Positions 18,723-28,921 are shown, numbered from the stretch's first letter. The stretch is 48,442 nt of DNA from Candidatus Limadaptatus stercoripullorum (GCA_018713795.1 DVOE01000085.1:1-48442); one strand, 5' to 3'. The notes: generated from the sequence alone by a model not told the origin. Numbers and translations are program-made.

Positions 18723-20756
18723 TCAGTCGAGGGGTTCGGGGGCGGGATCGTCGGGATATTCCTCGACCGCTTCGTCCGCGGCTCCTGTCGCGGGGGCGGC
18801 GTCCTCGGGGTATCCCGCGGTCGCTTCGGCGGGGGCGGCGTCCTCGGGGTATCCCTCGGTCGCTTCTGCGGGCGCCGCTTCCTCGGGGTAGGTCTCGGGG
18901 AAGTACTCGCCCGTCGCCTCATCGGCGGGGGCGGGGGCTTCGCCGCCCGCTGCGGCGGCTTCCGCCGCGGCGAACTGCTTCTCGCGCTCCTCGAAGTCCT
19001 TCTTCATCCTCGCCTTGAACTCGCGGCAGCAACTTGCGGCAAGCACGGTGACGATGGAGATCGCGCCGATGATATACAGCCAGTTGCGCAGCGACATGAC
19101 GGAGATGACCGCGACGAGCAGGTTGTTGGACTCGAGCCAGGTCATATCCTGATAACCGAGCAGACCCTTCTCGACATTGGTGGGATAGATGTTGATCTCG
19201 AGCAGACCGCTGTCGTTGATGCACAGTCCGAGCGCGAGAGGTCTGCCTGCGGTCGCCTCATAGAGCACTCCGGCGAGACCGTCGAGCAGGCTGCCGAACA
19301 GACCACCGTCATAGTTTGCGAGAGCGTTGTTCAGCATGTTGATGAGCTCGGTGACGCTGAGTCCGGGAAGCAGACCCGAAAGCAGACTGTCGAGGTCGAG
19401 GGAGGTGACCGCCATGGTCTTGCCGTCCATGTCGAGGATGCCCCACTTCATTGGCTGGCTGACATAGCCGCCCTTGACGGTGACGCCGTCCTCGTCGTAG
19501 TAGATGTTGTTGATGACCGCGCCCGCGAGGATGCCGAAGACATCGTTGTCCTCATAGTAGGCGGGATCGACATAGTAGGTGCCCTCGTAGTTGTTGACCT
19601 TGACCAGCGCGGCGCTGTGGTTTGCGAACAGTTCGACGACCTCATCCGCCATATACTTCTCGAAGTAGATGCTGGTGATGCCCGTCCTGTCGGTGCCGTC
19701 GGTGGTCTCGTAGGTCGGATAGACGAGGTTGTTGTTCTCGTCGAGGGTGGCGCGGGATCCTTCGGAGAAGTCGCTGCTCTTGTCGAGGATGAGCCTTATG
19801 ACGACGGGCACGGTCATTCTGCCGCTCGCCTGGGCATAGAGGATGAGGTTGTCGTCGTAGGTGACATAGCCGTCATTGTCCATGCTGGCGTAGTTCTTGT
19901 TGAACAGATAGCGGATACGCTCGTCCGCCATGCCGCCCTCGGGGGTGGTGGACAGACGCTCGTACTCGGGCAGCAGATACTCGGACATGCCGAGCGCCAC
20001 CGCATGACGCTCCATGTTGCCGTAAGGCGCGTCGGGAGACATCAGCATATAGACGGGATCGCGCATGACCCAGTTGGTGTAGATGAAGTCGTAAAGCTCC
20101 TTCTGCAACGAAGACATGCTCTCGACCAGCCCGTCGTAGTTCGCCTGCTGTTCGTCGGAGGAGTAAGCCGCCCAACCGAGCAGCATCTGCTTGTAGTCGT
20201 TGTAAGCGAGATACGCTTCGTCGTCGCTGAAGGGATCCCCTTCCTCTATGGCGTCGGTCACCGTCTCGTAGGCGTATTTGGCGTCGTAGTTGCCGTTGAC
20301 CATGTTGGACATGACGAACCTGCGCACCAGGAAGGCGTTGGTATCGCCCTGTTCCTCGAAGTTGTTCTCGACATCTTCGACGGTGAGGGTGCCCGAAGTC
20401 ATGGAAGTCAGGATATCGGGCAGCACCACATCCACCAGCGCGCCCACCAGGAAGGTGAGGCAGAGGACGGTTATGATGAGAGCCATGGTCTGACGCCTTA
20501 TGGTGCGGCGGGACTTCTTTCTCGTCACGCAGAGCACGACGATGAAGAAGACCAGGCACAGCACGCCGGCAAGGATGACGCCGACGAAGGGCCAGAAAGT
20601 GTAGTACGGCACTTTCATATACAGCTCGACGCAGAAGGACGCGGCGAGCGCTATGAGCAGCGGCATACCTATGATATAGAAGAAGATCTCGAGGACGGTA
20701 AGTCCGGCTATTTTGGTGTTAAGAGACTTTTTGCGTGCATTGTTAGCCATGATCAT
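18723..20756 (-). CDS. Large hypothetical membrane protein (3 N-terminal TM, large extracytoplasmic domain, C-terminal TM, acidic repeat tail)
   Basis: 677-aa ORF with hydrophobic segments; stop/start overlap with the upstream ORF. Confidence 0.85.
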   Translation of the reverse strand: MIMANNARKKSLNTKIAGLTVLEIFFYIIGMPLLIALAASFCVELYMKVPYYTFWPFVGVILAGVLCLVFFIVVLCVTRKKSRRTIRRQTMALIITVLCLTFLVGALVDVVLPDILTSMTSGTLTVEDVENNFEEQGDTNAFLVRRFVMSNMVNGNYDAKYAYETVTDAIEEGDPFSDDEAYLAYNDYKQMLLGWAAYSSDEQQANYDGLVESMSSLQKELYDFIYTNWVMRDPVYMLMSPDAPYGNMERHAVALGMSEYLLPEYERLSTTPEGGMADERIRYLFNKNYASMDNDGYVTYDDNLILYAQASGRMTVPVVIRLILDKSSDFSEGSRATLDENNNLVYPTYETTDGTDRTGITSIYFEKYMADEVVELFANHSAALVKVNNYEGTYYVDPAYYEDNDVFGILAGAVINNIYYDEDGVTVKGGYVSQPMKWGILDMDGKTMAVTSLDLDSLLSGLLPGLSVTELINMLNNALANYDGGLFGSLLDGLAGVLYEATAGRPLALGLCINDSGLLEINIYPTNVEKGLLGYQDMTWLESNNLLVAVISVMSLRNWLYIIGAISIVTVLAASCCREFKARMKKDFEEREKQFAAAEAAAAGGEAPAPADEATGEYFPETYPEEAAPAEATEGYPEDAAPAEATAGYPEDAAPATGAADEAVEEYPDDPAPEPLD
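18790..18898 (-). repeat. 39-bp coding tandem repeat (~3 copies; YPEDAAPAEATxG)
   Basis: GCGGGGGCGGCGTCCTCGGGGTATCCC at 18790 and 18829; degenerate copy at 18868. Confidence 0.85.
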
Positions 20757-23137
20757 TCCACCTCCTCGCCGTTATTTTCCTGAACGCTTAAGGCGGTGCC
20801 CTCCTCGCCCGTAGGCTCGGGGATATCGTCCTCCGCCGGCATGGCGACGGGAGCGTCATCGTAAGAGGGCTCGCCGGCGGGCGCCGCTTCGGGAGCCGCA
20901 TCGGGCGCCGCGGTGGCGGGCGTGTCCCCCGGGATCGCGTCCCCCTGGAGCGCGTCCTCGGGCGGGGCGACGGCAGCCTCCTCGTCCTTTTTGCCCTTCT
21001 TGCCCTTCTTTTCTTTCTTGGCGGGAACATCGTCCTGTCCCGTCTCGAGCAGCCACTCCTTCTCGGCGGCGATACCGCTCGCGATCAGGCAGAACAGCAC
21101 CACGGGCAGGAAGGTGAGCAGCAGGTTGCGCACGCTGTAAAGGGGATAATAGACAGGTTTGTAAGCAAGTTCGGCTTGCAGCTGCACCACCGCGGCGTAG
21201 GAGCCCAGACCCGAAGAGGAGGGAGTGCCCGCGCCGATGTTGTCGCCCGCGATAAGCGAGGTGCCCGGGATGAGCACGGAGCCCACCATGTAGCCGTGGA
21301 TGCCGCCGTTGTAGACCGCCTTGTCGAGCATGGCGTAGTAGTCGCCGAGGTTGAGACCGTCATCGTCGGCGACGGCACATGCGGCGTACTTGGCGGAATT
21401 TTCTTTCGCCAGCGCTTCGGCAGCCTCGGCGTAGTAGTCATAGACGGGAAGGATCTCGGGATCGGAGTACCAATACAACCCGCCGAGCAGGTTCATGATG
21501 ATGGTCTCGAGGACCTCGCCGGTGCCCATCGTGTCGGTCACGCCCACGAACAGCGAGGACAGGTCAAGCCCGAACAAACCGAGAATTTTGTTGAGGTTCA
21601 ATCCGAGGATAAGATCCTTACCGAGCAGGTCGTACAACCACGCGCCCACGCTGAGCCCGCCGGTGTCGACGACGCCGCCGAGCAGCACATCAAGCAGTTC
21701 GCCCAGCCCGTCGAGGAGACCGCCGTTGAGCTGAACATTGATGGGATCGCCCGTCGCGGGAGCGTACTGTATGAGCAGCCCTTCCTTGACTCCGTCGCCG
21801 TAGGTGCCGGCGGTGATGTCGGACGCCTTGACATTGGCGATGATGAGCTTCCCGTCGCCGACATCAAAGGAGAGCTTGACATTGAACGGCTCACCGGTGA
21901 TGAGGTTGAGGATCCCCGCGATCGCGGGGTTGGCGCCGACATGGGTGCCGACCGAGTCGAGCAGCTGCTTGAGATCGCCGACGGTGAGCGAGTAATCGGC
22001 TTCCTGACCGCCCTCCTCGCCGACCTTGACGAAGTTATGCCAGATCTCGTACTTCTCGGTGCCGGGCACGCCGTAGTCCGCCTCCTGGAGCTCCTGCGCT
22101 TTTGCCAGGATGGCGCTGTACAGCGCGTCGCCGCCGCCGAGCTCGGAGATCTTCATCTGGGAGTAGTAGTATTGACGGAGAAGTTCGAGCGCGGAATCGA
22201 TGCCGAACACATAGCCCTGCGAGATCATGCCGTTGCTGTTGTAACGGGCGAGACCGTAGATGCCTTCCTTGTACTCGGAATTGCGCGAAGTCTTGAACCA
22301 ACGGAACTGCGTGACCGGCGTGGTCTCCGTCCCCGAGGGACCCGCGGGGACATTCAGCGAATAGGTCGCGCTGGTGTAGTTCTCGTAGACGACGCCGTCT
22401 ATCTCGAGCTTGCCGTCCGCGTTCGGGGGGATACGCACGAACTCGTGGTCGGTGCCGGAGCCGTCGCCGTACTGCTTTTTGAGCTCGAGGATGCGCTCTT
22501 CGGAGAGCTTGTCCTTGACCATGCCGCTCTCGTCGACATTGTAAAGCTCGTCATACGACACGGGATCGTTGGAAGTGTTGTCGGCAAAGCCCGTGCGCGA
22601 AGAGTCGCCGTAGCCTATGTGATACGCCGATGTCACGGAGTTCACCTGGCTCAGGAAAGACTGCACCACTCCGCCGCCGGGACCGCCCGTCTTGCGCACG
22701 AGCTCGGACAGCTCGGTCTTGTAAGACGCGATGGTCACCCCTTCGGGGGAGGACTCTTCCAATTTCTCGAGCTCGATGGGCATCACGATGTCCATGACCA
22801 CCACGGGCGTCAGCATGGCGACGAGCGCCACGATAGCCACGATCATGGTGCGCGCGCGCCTGTTCTTCACCGTCTTGCGGACGATGAGATGCACGATCGC
22901 CACGAGAAGCCACACGCCGAGCGCCACCCAGATGCCGTACATCGCCGAGCCCGCGAGCTGGTTTTGCAGCCAGATCACGGTCGTCGAACCGCCCGAACCC
23001 ATGAAGGGTTCCTCTCCCACGAACAGCCATGTCGCCGTGAACATAACGGCAAGCACGAACAGCGGGAGACCCAGGCAGTAGAAGAGCACTTTGAGATTGC
23101 GGTAAAGTTTAATCTTTCCGTTGCTGCTCCGTTCCAT
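20753..23137 (-). CDS. Large hypothetical membrane protein, apparent paralogue of 18723-20756
   Basis: 794-aa ORF with SD AAGGAG, the same topology and similar TM-flanking motifs. Confidence 0.85.
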   Translation of the reverse strand: MERSSNGKIKLYRNLKVLFYCLGLPLFVLAVMFTATWLFVGEEPFMGSGGSTTVIWLQNQLAGSAMYGIWVALGVWLLVAIVHLIVRKTVKNRRARTMIVAIVALVAMLTPVVVMDIVMPIELEKLEESSPEGVTIASYKTELSELVRKTGGPGGGVVQSFLSQVNSVTSAYHIGYGDSSRTGFADNTSNDPVSYDELYNVDESGMVKDKLSEERILELKKQYGDGSGTDHEFVRIPPNADGKLEIDGVVYENYTSATYSLNVPAGPSGTETTPVTQFRWFKTSRNSEYKEGIYGLARYNSNGMISQGYVFGIDSALELLRQYYYSQMKISELGGGDALYSAILAKAQELQEADYGVPGTEKYEIWHNFVKVGEEGGQEADYSLTVGDLKQLLDSVGTHVGANPAIAGILNLITGEPFNVKLSFDVGDGKLIIANVKASDITAGTYGDGVKEGLLIQYAPATGDPINVQLNGGLLDGLGELLDVLLGGVVDTGGLSVGAWLYDLLGKDLILGLNLNKILGLFGLDLSSLFVGVTDTMGTGEVLETIIMNLLGGLYWYSDPEILPVYDYYAEAAEALAKENSAKYAACAVADDDGLNLGDYYAMLDKAVYNGGIHGYMVGSVLIPGTSLIAGDNIGAGTPSSSGLGSYAAVVQLQAELAYKPVYYPLYSVRNLLLTFLPVVLFCLIASGIAAEKEWLLETGQDDVPAKKEKKGKKGKKDEEAAVAPPEDALQGDAIPGDTPATAAPDAAPEAAPAGEPSYDDAPVAMPAEDDIPEPTGEEGTALSVQENNGEEVE

Positions 23138-23224
23138 AATTTTCTCCTTCTGTCTATACCCCTTCCCTTAAAAGGGGGATCAGCCCTGTCAAGCGTGTTT
23201 TTCGCGGCGCGCCCGCCGCCCCGG

Positions 23225-23902
23225 TCAAACTGCGGACAGCGAGTCGAGATACGCCTGCTCGTCTGCGTAGTAATATCCGGGTCCGTCGTCGGCGTTCGGT
23301 GCCAAGAAATAGAAATTGATCGTGCCCTGCTCGGAAGAGATCGACCCTTCCGCCTGAGACGAGTGCATGGCGATCTTGATGTTGTAGACGCCTGTCTCGT
23401 CCGGGGTGTACTCCACCCATTCGCCGTTGAGCACTATGCCTCCGTTCGCCCCGCATATCCTGACATTCGCGGGGTTCAGGATGGCGCCGTTTTCAAGGTA
23501 AGGCATTTCGGGGACTATCCTCATCTTGAGGACGCCCTCTCCCGGCTCGCCCACGAACTCGTACTCGCCCGTGCACCACATCCTGCCGCCTTTGGTCTCG
23601 GCGGAGCCTTCCGACATTAAGCCGTACATGCAGTCGTCCATGACTTCCATTTCCCATTGCGTATCGGAAACAAAACGCACTATGCCTTTGCCTATGACAT
23701 AGACCCCAATGGGTTCGGTCTCGCCGTACGCCCACCAGGCGCCGCCCTCGGGAGGTCCGAAGATGCCGCCGGGCACGAACAGCCTCGGCATCAATATCGC
23801 GATGCAAAGCAACACGGCCATGACGCAGATCAGCGTGATCCAGACGGCCGTTTCCTTTTTGTCCCTGACTCTTATGGGACTGTCGGTCTGATAGCTAAGC
23901 AC
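23225..23902 (-). CDS. Hypothetical single-pass membrane-anchored protein
   Basis: N-terminal TM (AVWITLICVMAVLLCIAILM); GTG 23902 after SD-like AAGGGGGG; promoter-like TTGCGG-N17-TAATAT at ~24001-24029. Confidence 0.7.
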   Translation of the reverse strand: MLSYQTDSPIRVRDKKETAVWITLICVMAVLLCIAILMPRLFVPGGIFGPPEGGAWWAYGETEPIGVYVIGKGIVRFVSDTQWEMEVMDDCMYGLMSEGSAETKGGRMWCTGEYEFVGEPGEGVLKMRIVPEMPYLENGAILNPANVRICGANGGIVLNGEWVEYTPDETGVYNIKIAMHSSQAEGSISSEQGTINFYFLAPNADDGPGYYYADEQAYLDSLSAV

Positions 23903-24098
23903 TTGGGCCCCCCTTATCTCTCCCGAAATGACTCTCCCGCGCGCTCCCTCGTGTGCGGGCAAGTGCCCGCGCAACGCGTGTGAGAGTATACGACTTTATT
24001 ATATTACCACGCCGCGCGCCCATCCGCAATACCGATTTTTACGGGCACGGTCGATTTAAGCCGCGGCGGCTGCGTTTTCCCTGCGATTTAGTTAACTC

Positions 24099-24127
24099 TT
24101 GACTTATTTTTTTCGCGGTAATATAAT
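24099..24127 (+). promoter_or_regulatory. Sigma-A promoter of gdhA
   Basis: TTGACT-N17-TATAAT. Confidence 0.75.
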
Positions 24128-24179
24128 TTTTTCCAAAGAGAGGCGCGGGCTCGCCGCGCCGTCCCAAGGGAGGAAAATT

Positions 24180-25526
24180 ATGTCTTATATCTCCGAAGTC
24201 ATCGAAGCCACCGCGCGCAAGAATCCGGGCGAACCCGAGTTCATGCAGACGGTCAAAGAGGTGCTCACTTCCCTCGAACCCGCCGTCCGCGCCAAAGAAA
24301 AAGTGCTGAGAGAAAATTGCATCCTCGAGCGCATGGTCGAGCCGGACAGGCAGATCATCTTCCGCGTCCCGTGGCAGGACGACAAGGGCGTGTGGCATGT
24401 CAACCGCGGCTTCCGCGTGCAGTTCAACAACGCCATCGGCCCCTACAAGGGCGGACTTCGCTTCCAGCCCAATGTCAACCTTTCGGTCATGAAGTTCCTC
24501 GCCTTCGAGCAGACCTTCAAGAACTCGCTCACCGGACTGCCCATGGGCGGCGGCAAGGGCGGCAGCGACTTCGATCCCGCAGGCAAATCGGACGCCGAGA
24601 TAATGCGCTTCTGCTACAGCTTCATGACCGAGCTCTACCGCCATATCGGTCCCAGCGTGGATGTCCCGGCGGGCGACATGGGCGTCGGCGGCAGGGAGAT
24701 CGGCTATCTCTACGGCGCCTACAAAAAGCTCACCGGCGTGTACGACAACGGCGTGCTCACGGGCAAGGGGCTGTCCTTCGGCGGTTCGCTCATCCGCCCC
24801 GAAGCCACCGGGTTCGGCGCGACCTATTTCCTCGAAGAAGTGCTCGCCCACCGCGGCGAGAGCATCGAGGGCAAGACCTTCTGCCTCTCCGGGTTCGGCA
24901 ATGTCGCCTGGGGCGCGTCGCTCAAGATCTCCGAGCTCGGCGGCAAAGTCATCACCCTCTCGGGCCCCGACGGCTATATCCTCGACGAGGACGGCGTCAA
25001 GGGCGAGAAGATCGCCTATCTCCTCGAGATGCGCGAGAGCGGCAGGAACCGCGTGCAGGACTACTCCGACAAGTTCGGCTGCACCTTCGTGCCCGGCAAG
25101 AAGCCCTGGGGCAATGTCAAAGCCGACATATATATGCCCTGCGCCATGCAGAACGAGATCCGTATCGAGGACGCCAAAGCCATGGTCGCGCTCGGCGTGC
25201 CCGTGCTCAACGAAGTCTCCAACATGCCCACCACCAACGAAGCCCTCGAATATCTGCAGAAGAACGGCGTGCTCGTCGCGCCCTCCAAGGCGGTCAACGC
25301 CGGCGGCGTGGCGGTCAGCGGTCTCGAGATGAGCCAGAACAGCGAAAGGATGCTGTGGTCGGCGGAAAAGGTGGACTCCACCCTGCGCGGCATAATGAAG
25401 AACATCCACAAGCAGATCGTGGACGCCCTCTCCGAGTACGGCATGGACTACGACCTCGTGGCGGGCGCCAATCTCGCAGGCTTCAAGAAGGTCGCGGACG
25501 CCATGATCGCTCAGGGCGTCAACTGA
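24180..25526 (+). CDS. gdhA: NADP-specific glutamate dehydrogenase
   Basis: GPYKGGLRF, MGGGKGGSDFDP, DVPAGD and RPEATGFG; ATG 24180 after GGAGG. Confidence 0.96.
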   Translation: MSYISEVIEATARKNPGEPEFMQTVKEVLTSLEPAVRAKEKVLRENCILERMVEPDRQIIFRVPWQDDKGVWHVNRGFRVQFNNAIGPYKGGLRFQPNVNLSVMKFLAFEQTFKNSLTGLPMGGGKGGSDFDPAGKSDAEIMRFCYSFMTELYRHIGPSVDVPAGDMGVGGREIGYLYGAYKKLTGVYDNGVLTGKGLSFGGSLIRPEATGFGATYFLEEVLAHRGESIEGKTFCLSGFGNVAWGASLKISELGGKVITLSGPDGYILDEDGVKGEKIAYLLEMRESGRNRVQDYSDKFGCTFVPGKKPWGNVKADIYMPCAMQNEIRIEDAKAMVALGVPVLNEVSNMPTTNEALEYLQKNGVLVAPSKAVNAGGVAVSGLEMSQNSERMLWSAEKVDSTLRGIMKNIHKQIVDALSEYGMDYDLVAGANLAGFKKVADAMIAQGVN

Positions 25527-25551
25527 CAAAAACAAACCGTTTAACATGCAA

Positions 25552-25587
25552 AAAGCGCCGCTCATGCGGCGCTTTCGTTTTTCTTTT
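25552..25587. terminator. Bidirectional terminator between gdhA and purF
   Basis: AAAGCGCCGC-tcat-GCGGCGCTTT with A- and T-rich flanks. Confidence 0.8.
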
Positions 25588-25608
25588 GTTCGTTTCGACC
25601 GGTCCGGA

Positions 25609-27027
25609 TCACTCTTCCATGCCGTTCGCGATGAACTCCTCGTCCACTTCCATGGGATAGTTCCCGTCAAAGCACGCGGTGCAGTAAGGACCGCCGCCGC
25701 AGCTCTTCACGAGCAGTTCGAGGGGGATGAAATGCAGGCTGTCCGCGCCTATCTCGCGGCAGATCTCTTCCTCGCTCTTGTACGCGCCGATGAGCTGGTC
25801 GCGGGTCTCCATGTCCACGCCGAAGAAGCAGGGGCATTTGACGGGCGGCGAGCCGACGAGCATATGCACTTCCTTGGCGCCGCTGGCGCGCAGCAGGCTG
25901 ATGATCTTCCTCGAGGTCGTGCCGCGCACTATGCTGTCGTCGATGAGGATGAGGCGCTTGCCTTTGATGTTGCTGCGGAAGGCGTTGAGCTTGATCTTGA
26001 CAGAGCTCTCGCGCATGGACTGGCTGGGCTGGATGAAGGTCCTTCCTATATAGCGGTTTTTGGTCAGGGCGTCCACCATGGGCAGTCCGCTGACATCCGC
26101 GTAGCCGCGCGCGCACACCGTCGCGCTGTCGGGCACGCCGGCGACTATGTCCGCGTCGATCTTGTAAAGCTTGGCGAGTTCCATGCCGCACTTGTAGCGG
26201 GCGTCATACACGCTGACGCCGTCGATGACCGAGTCGCTGCGGGCGAGGTAGACATACTCGAACACGCAGGGATGGGGATCGGGCACGGCGTACTTGTGCG
26301 ACTTGATCTTGCCGTCCGGGGTGACGGTGATCATCTCGCCGGGCTCGACATCGCGCACGAACTCCGCGTCCACCGCGTCGAGCGCGCAGGTTTCGCTGGC
26401 AAAGATGACCGAGTCGCCCTTTTTGCCCATGACGAGGGGTTTGAGCCCGTACTTGTCGCGGATGGCGATGAGCTTGTTGTCCGCCATGCACACCACCGCG
26501 AACGCCCCGACGAAGTCGAGAGCCGCCTTCTGCACGCCGTTTTCGACGCTGGAAGTGGTGTAATAGTTGATGAGCGCGGCGACCACTTCGCTGTCCACCG
26601 AGGACTGGAAAATATGCCCGCGGTCGATGAGCCATTTTTTGATGGATCCGGCGTTGACGATGTTGCCGTTGTGGGCGATCGCCATCCTGCCGTACCTGCC
26701 GTAGAACACCACCGGCTGCGCGTTGACGACATTGCTCGAACCGCAGGTCGAGTAGCGCACATGCCCTATCGCGATGTCGCTGTCGGGAAGCAGCGAGAGC
26801 TCCTCCTCGGAGAAGACCTCGTTGACCAGACCCATGTTCTTGTAGTAGGCGATGCGCCTGTCGGGGACATTGACGGCTATGCCCGCGCTCTCCTGCCCTC
26901 TGTGCTGGAGGGCGAACAGCCCGTAGTAGACCTCTCTCGCGAGCGAACTCTTTTGCTTGGAGATCACCCCGAATATGCCACACTCCTCATGCACGCCGCT
27001 CTCGTGGCGCTTTGTGCTTTCGATCAT
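25609..27027 (-). CDS. purF: Amidophosphoribosyltransferase
   Basis: Propeptide then EE|CGIFG; LQHRGQE; DDSIVRGTTS; Fe-S cysteines CTAC. Confidence 0.97.
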   Translation of the reverse strand: MIESTKRHESGVHEECGIFGVISKQKSSLAREVYYGLFALQHRGQESAGIAVNVPDRRIAYYKNMGLVNEVFSEEELSLLPDSDIAIGHVRYSTCGSSNVVNAQPVVFYGRYGRMAIAHNGNIVNAGSIKKWLIDRGHIFQSSVDSEVVAALINYYTTSSVENGVQKAALDFVGAFAVVCMADNKLIAIRDKYGLKPLVMGKKGDSVIFASETCALDAVDAEFVRDVEPGEMITVTPDGKIKSHKYAVPDPHPCVFEYVYLARSDSVIDGVSVYDARYKCGMELAKLYKIDADIVAGVPDSATVCARGYADVSGLPMVDALTKNRYIGRTFIQPSQSMRESSVKIKLNAFRSNIKGKRLILIDDSIVRGTTSRKIISLLRASGAKEVHMLVGSPPVKCPCFFGVDMETRDQLIGAYKSEEEICREIGADSLHFIPLELLVKSCGGGPYCTACFDGNYPMEVDEEFIANGMEE

Positions 27028-27041
27028 AACTCCTCCCGGGA

Positions 27042-27755
27042 TCACGCGTTTGCCGAGGTTATCCTCTGCATCATCTCTTTGTAGGCGTCCTCCACCCCGC
27101 CGAGATCGCGGCGGAAGCGGTCCTTGTCGAGCTTCTCGCCCGTCTTCTTGTCCCAGAACCTGCAGGTGTCGGGAGAGATCTCGTCGGCGAGCACTATCTC
27201 ACCGTGGAACCTGCCGAACTCGAGCTTGAAGTCGATGAGGTCGACGCCCACGCCCGCGAAGAATTCCTTCATCGCGTCGTTGACCGCAAACGCCATCTTC
27301 TCGATCTTGTCGATCTCCTCGGGGGTCGCGAGACGCAGCGCGAGCGCGTGGTAGGTGTTGATGAGCGGATCGCCGAGCTCGTCGTTCTTGTAGGAAAACT
27401 CGATGGTCGGGACGGCGAGCGCCGTGCCTTCCGCCACGCCGTAACGCTTGGAAAAGCTGCCCGCGGCAACATTCCTCACGATGACTTCGAGGGGGACGAT
27501 CTCCACCTTTTTGACCAGCGTGTCGCGGTCGGAGAGCTGCTCCACGAAATGGGTCGGGATGCCCTTCTTCTCGAGCAAACCCATCATCATGTTGCTCATC
27601 TTGTTGTTGATGACGCCCTTGCCCGCGATGGTGCCCTTCTTGAGCCCGTTGAACGCGGTGGCGTCGTCCTTGTAAGACACGATGACGAGATCGGGATCGT
27701 CGGTGGCGTACACCTTCTTTGCCTTGCCCTCGTAGATTTGACCGAGTTTTTCCAT
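27042..27755 (-). CDS. purC: Phosphoribosylaminoimidazole-succinocarboxamide synthase
   Basis: [28 protein letters not shown] and DKDRFR; ATG 27755 after GGAGG. Confidence 0.97.
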   Translation of the reverse strand: MEKLGQIYEGKAKKVYATDDPDLVIVSYKDDATAFNGLKKGTIAGKGVINNKMSNMMMGLLEKKGIPTHFVEQLSDRDTLVKKVEIVPLEVIVRNVAAGSFSKRYGVAEGTALAVPTIEFSYKNDELGDPLINTYHALALRLATPEEIDKIEKMAFAVNDAMKEFFAGVGVDLIDFKLEFGRFHGEIVLADEISPDTCRFWDKKTGEKLDKDRFRRDLGGVEDAYKEMMQRITSANA

Positions 27756-27765
27756 GGTGACCTCC

Positions 27766-27895
27766 AAAAAACAAAGCATGGCGCGAGCCATGCTTCTGCT
27801 TAGTTTTTCCCGTTTGCGGAGAGGGCGCGCGAGAAGCGCCCCGAACGCGACCGTGCGGCAGACATCCTGTCCCCATTCGTGTTCCTTCCGCTTTT
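27766..27895 (-). promoter_or_regulatory. Candidate attenuator/riboswitch-like leader of purC-purF
   Basis: Terminator AAGCATGGC-TCGC-GCCATGCTT-TGTTTTTT directly before the purC SD; upstream three-stem junction and possible antiterminator; promoter-like TTGCGC-N18-TAATAT at ~27905-27934. Confidence 0.55.
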
Positions 27896-28009
27896 CATAC
27901 CGAGATATTAGCACATCCCGCGCGCCGAGCGCAAACGAATCGCCGCCCTATTTCAAAAAAAATTGCGCGCGGGCGTACTGCCCGCGCGCACGGATATCCT
28001 CCCTCTCTT

Positions 28010-28831
28010 TCAGCGGACGACCGTCGCCTTTCTGTCTGCGGCGGCGCGCGCCTCGACGGCTTTTCTTATGTCCTTGTCCGTCATTTCCGAGATATCTTCG
28101 CCGTCGCGCATGAGCTCGAGAAGATCCGCCCCGTCGTAACCGCGGTCCTTGATCCCTATCTCGCCGAACTCGCCGACCGTGCCTTCCTCGTACTTGGCGA
28201 GCGCGCTGCCCTCTTCCTTCCTGTAGATGACGAACTTCTGCCAGCAGAACTCCAGCACCCCGTTGATGAGCATGGTGCACACCTCGACGGCGTAGTTGAT
28301 GATGACATGCTTCTTGAGATATTCCACCACCGTCACGCCCGCCGCGCTCGCCGCGCCCGCGGCAAGGTAGCTCGGCATGTACCCGTTGAACCACAGCTTG
28401 AAGGGGAAGAAAGGCACATAGAACAGGAAGGCGAGGAACATCGCTCTTCCCACATTGCCCGCGGACTTGAAAGTGAACTTGCGGTTGATGGTGAAGTTCC
28501 AAAGGATGGACAGCGTCAGCGCGATGAGGGTGCTGACGAAGTTCCTGAGTTCCACATGAGTGATGAAGTCTATCATCACCGCCTTGTCGATGGGGAGCAC
28601 CTCGTAAAGCACGGTGTAGGATACGATTTCGATGACGCCCGCGCTCGCCGTGCAGCAGGCGTACTTGATCGCCTGCACCAGCGTCTTTCTCTTTTGCTTC
28701 TTTTCCTCGCGGGCGCGCTCGGCGTCCAGCGCGGCGACGGCGATCGCGGGATCGAAATATCCCTCCGCCGTCCCGGGCGCCGCCTTGCTGACTTCCGTGG
28801 CGCCGTCTTCTTTGATGAGACCGTCGGTCAT
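28010..28831 (-). CDS. GtrA-family membrane protein
   Basis: LSILWNFTINRKFTFKS and EFCWQKFVIY motifs; ATG 28831 after GGAGG; promoter TTGCAA-N16-TATAAT at 28850-28877. Confidence 0.8.
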   Translation of the reverse strand: MTDGLIKEDGATEVSKAAPGTAEGYFDPAIAVAALDAERAREEKKQKRKTLVQAIKYACCTASAGVIEIVSYTVLYEVLPIDKAVMIDFITHVELRNFVSTLIALTLSILWNFTINRKFTFKSAGNVGRAMFLAFLFYVPFFPFKLWFNGYMPSYLAAGAASAAGVTVVEYLKKHVIINYAVEVCTMLINGVLEFCWQKFVIYRKEEGSALAKYEEGTVGEFGEIGIKDRGYDGADLLELMRDGEDISEMTDKDIRKAVEARAAADRKATVVR

Positions 28832-28886
28832 AAATCTTCCTCCCGGGAAATTATACCACCAAGGGCGGCGATTGCAAGCCCCGCCC

Positions 28887-28916
28887 GAATAAAACCGCCT
28901 CTCTTTGTCCATCATC
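28887..28916 (+). promoter_or_regulatory. Sigma-G/F-like forespore promoter of the ger operon
   Basis: GAATA-N18-CATCATC resembles the sigma-G consensus GHATA-N18-CATACTA; ATG follows 6 nt later. Confidence 0.45.
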
Positions 28917-28921
28917 CGCGC

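Noticed and set aside
763-23620. Long plus-strand ORFs (763-2118, 8793-9938, 12894-15659, 18708-20783, 21176-23620 and others)
   Set aside because: Antisense shadows of real minus-strand genes, expected with high GC3 codon bias; no protein motifs.
27815-27895. Canonical guanine riboswitch upstream of purC
   Set aside because: The conserved junction and loop sequences of the purine aptamer are not visible; kept only as an unassigned leader.
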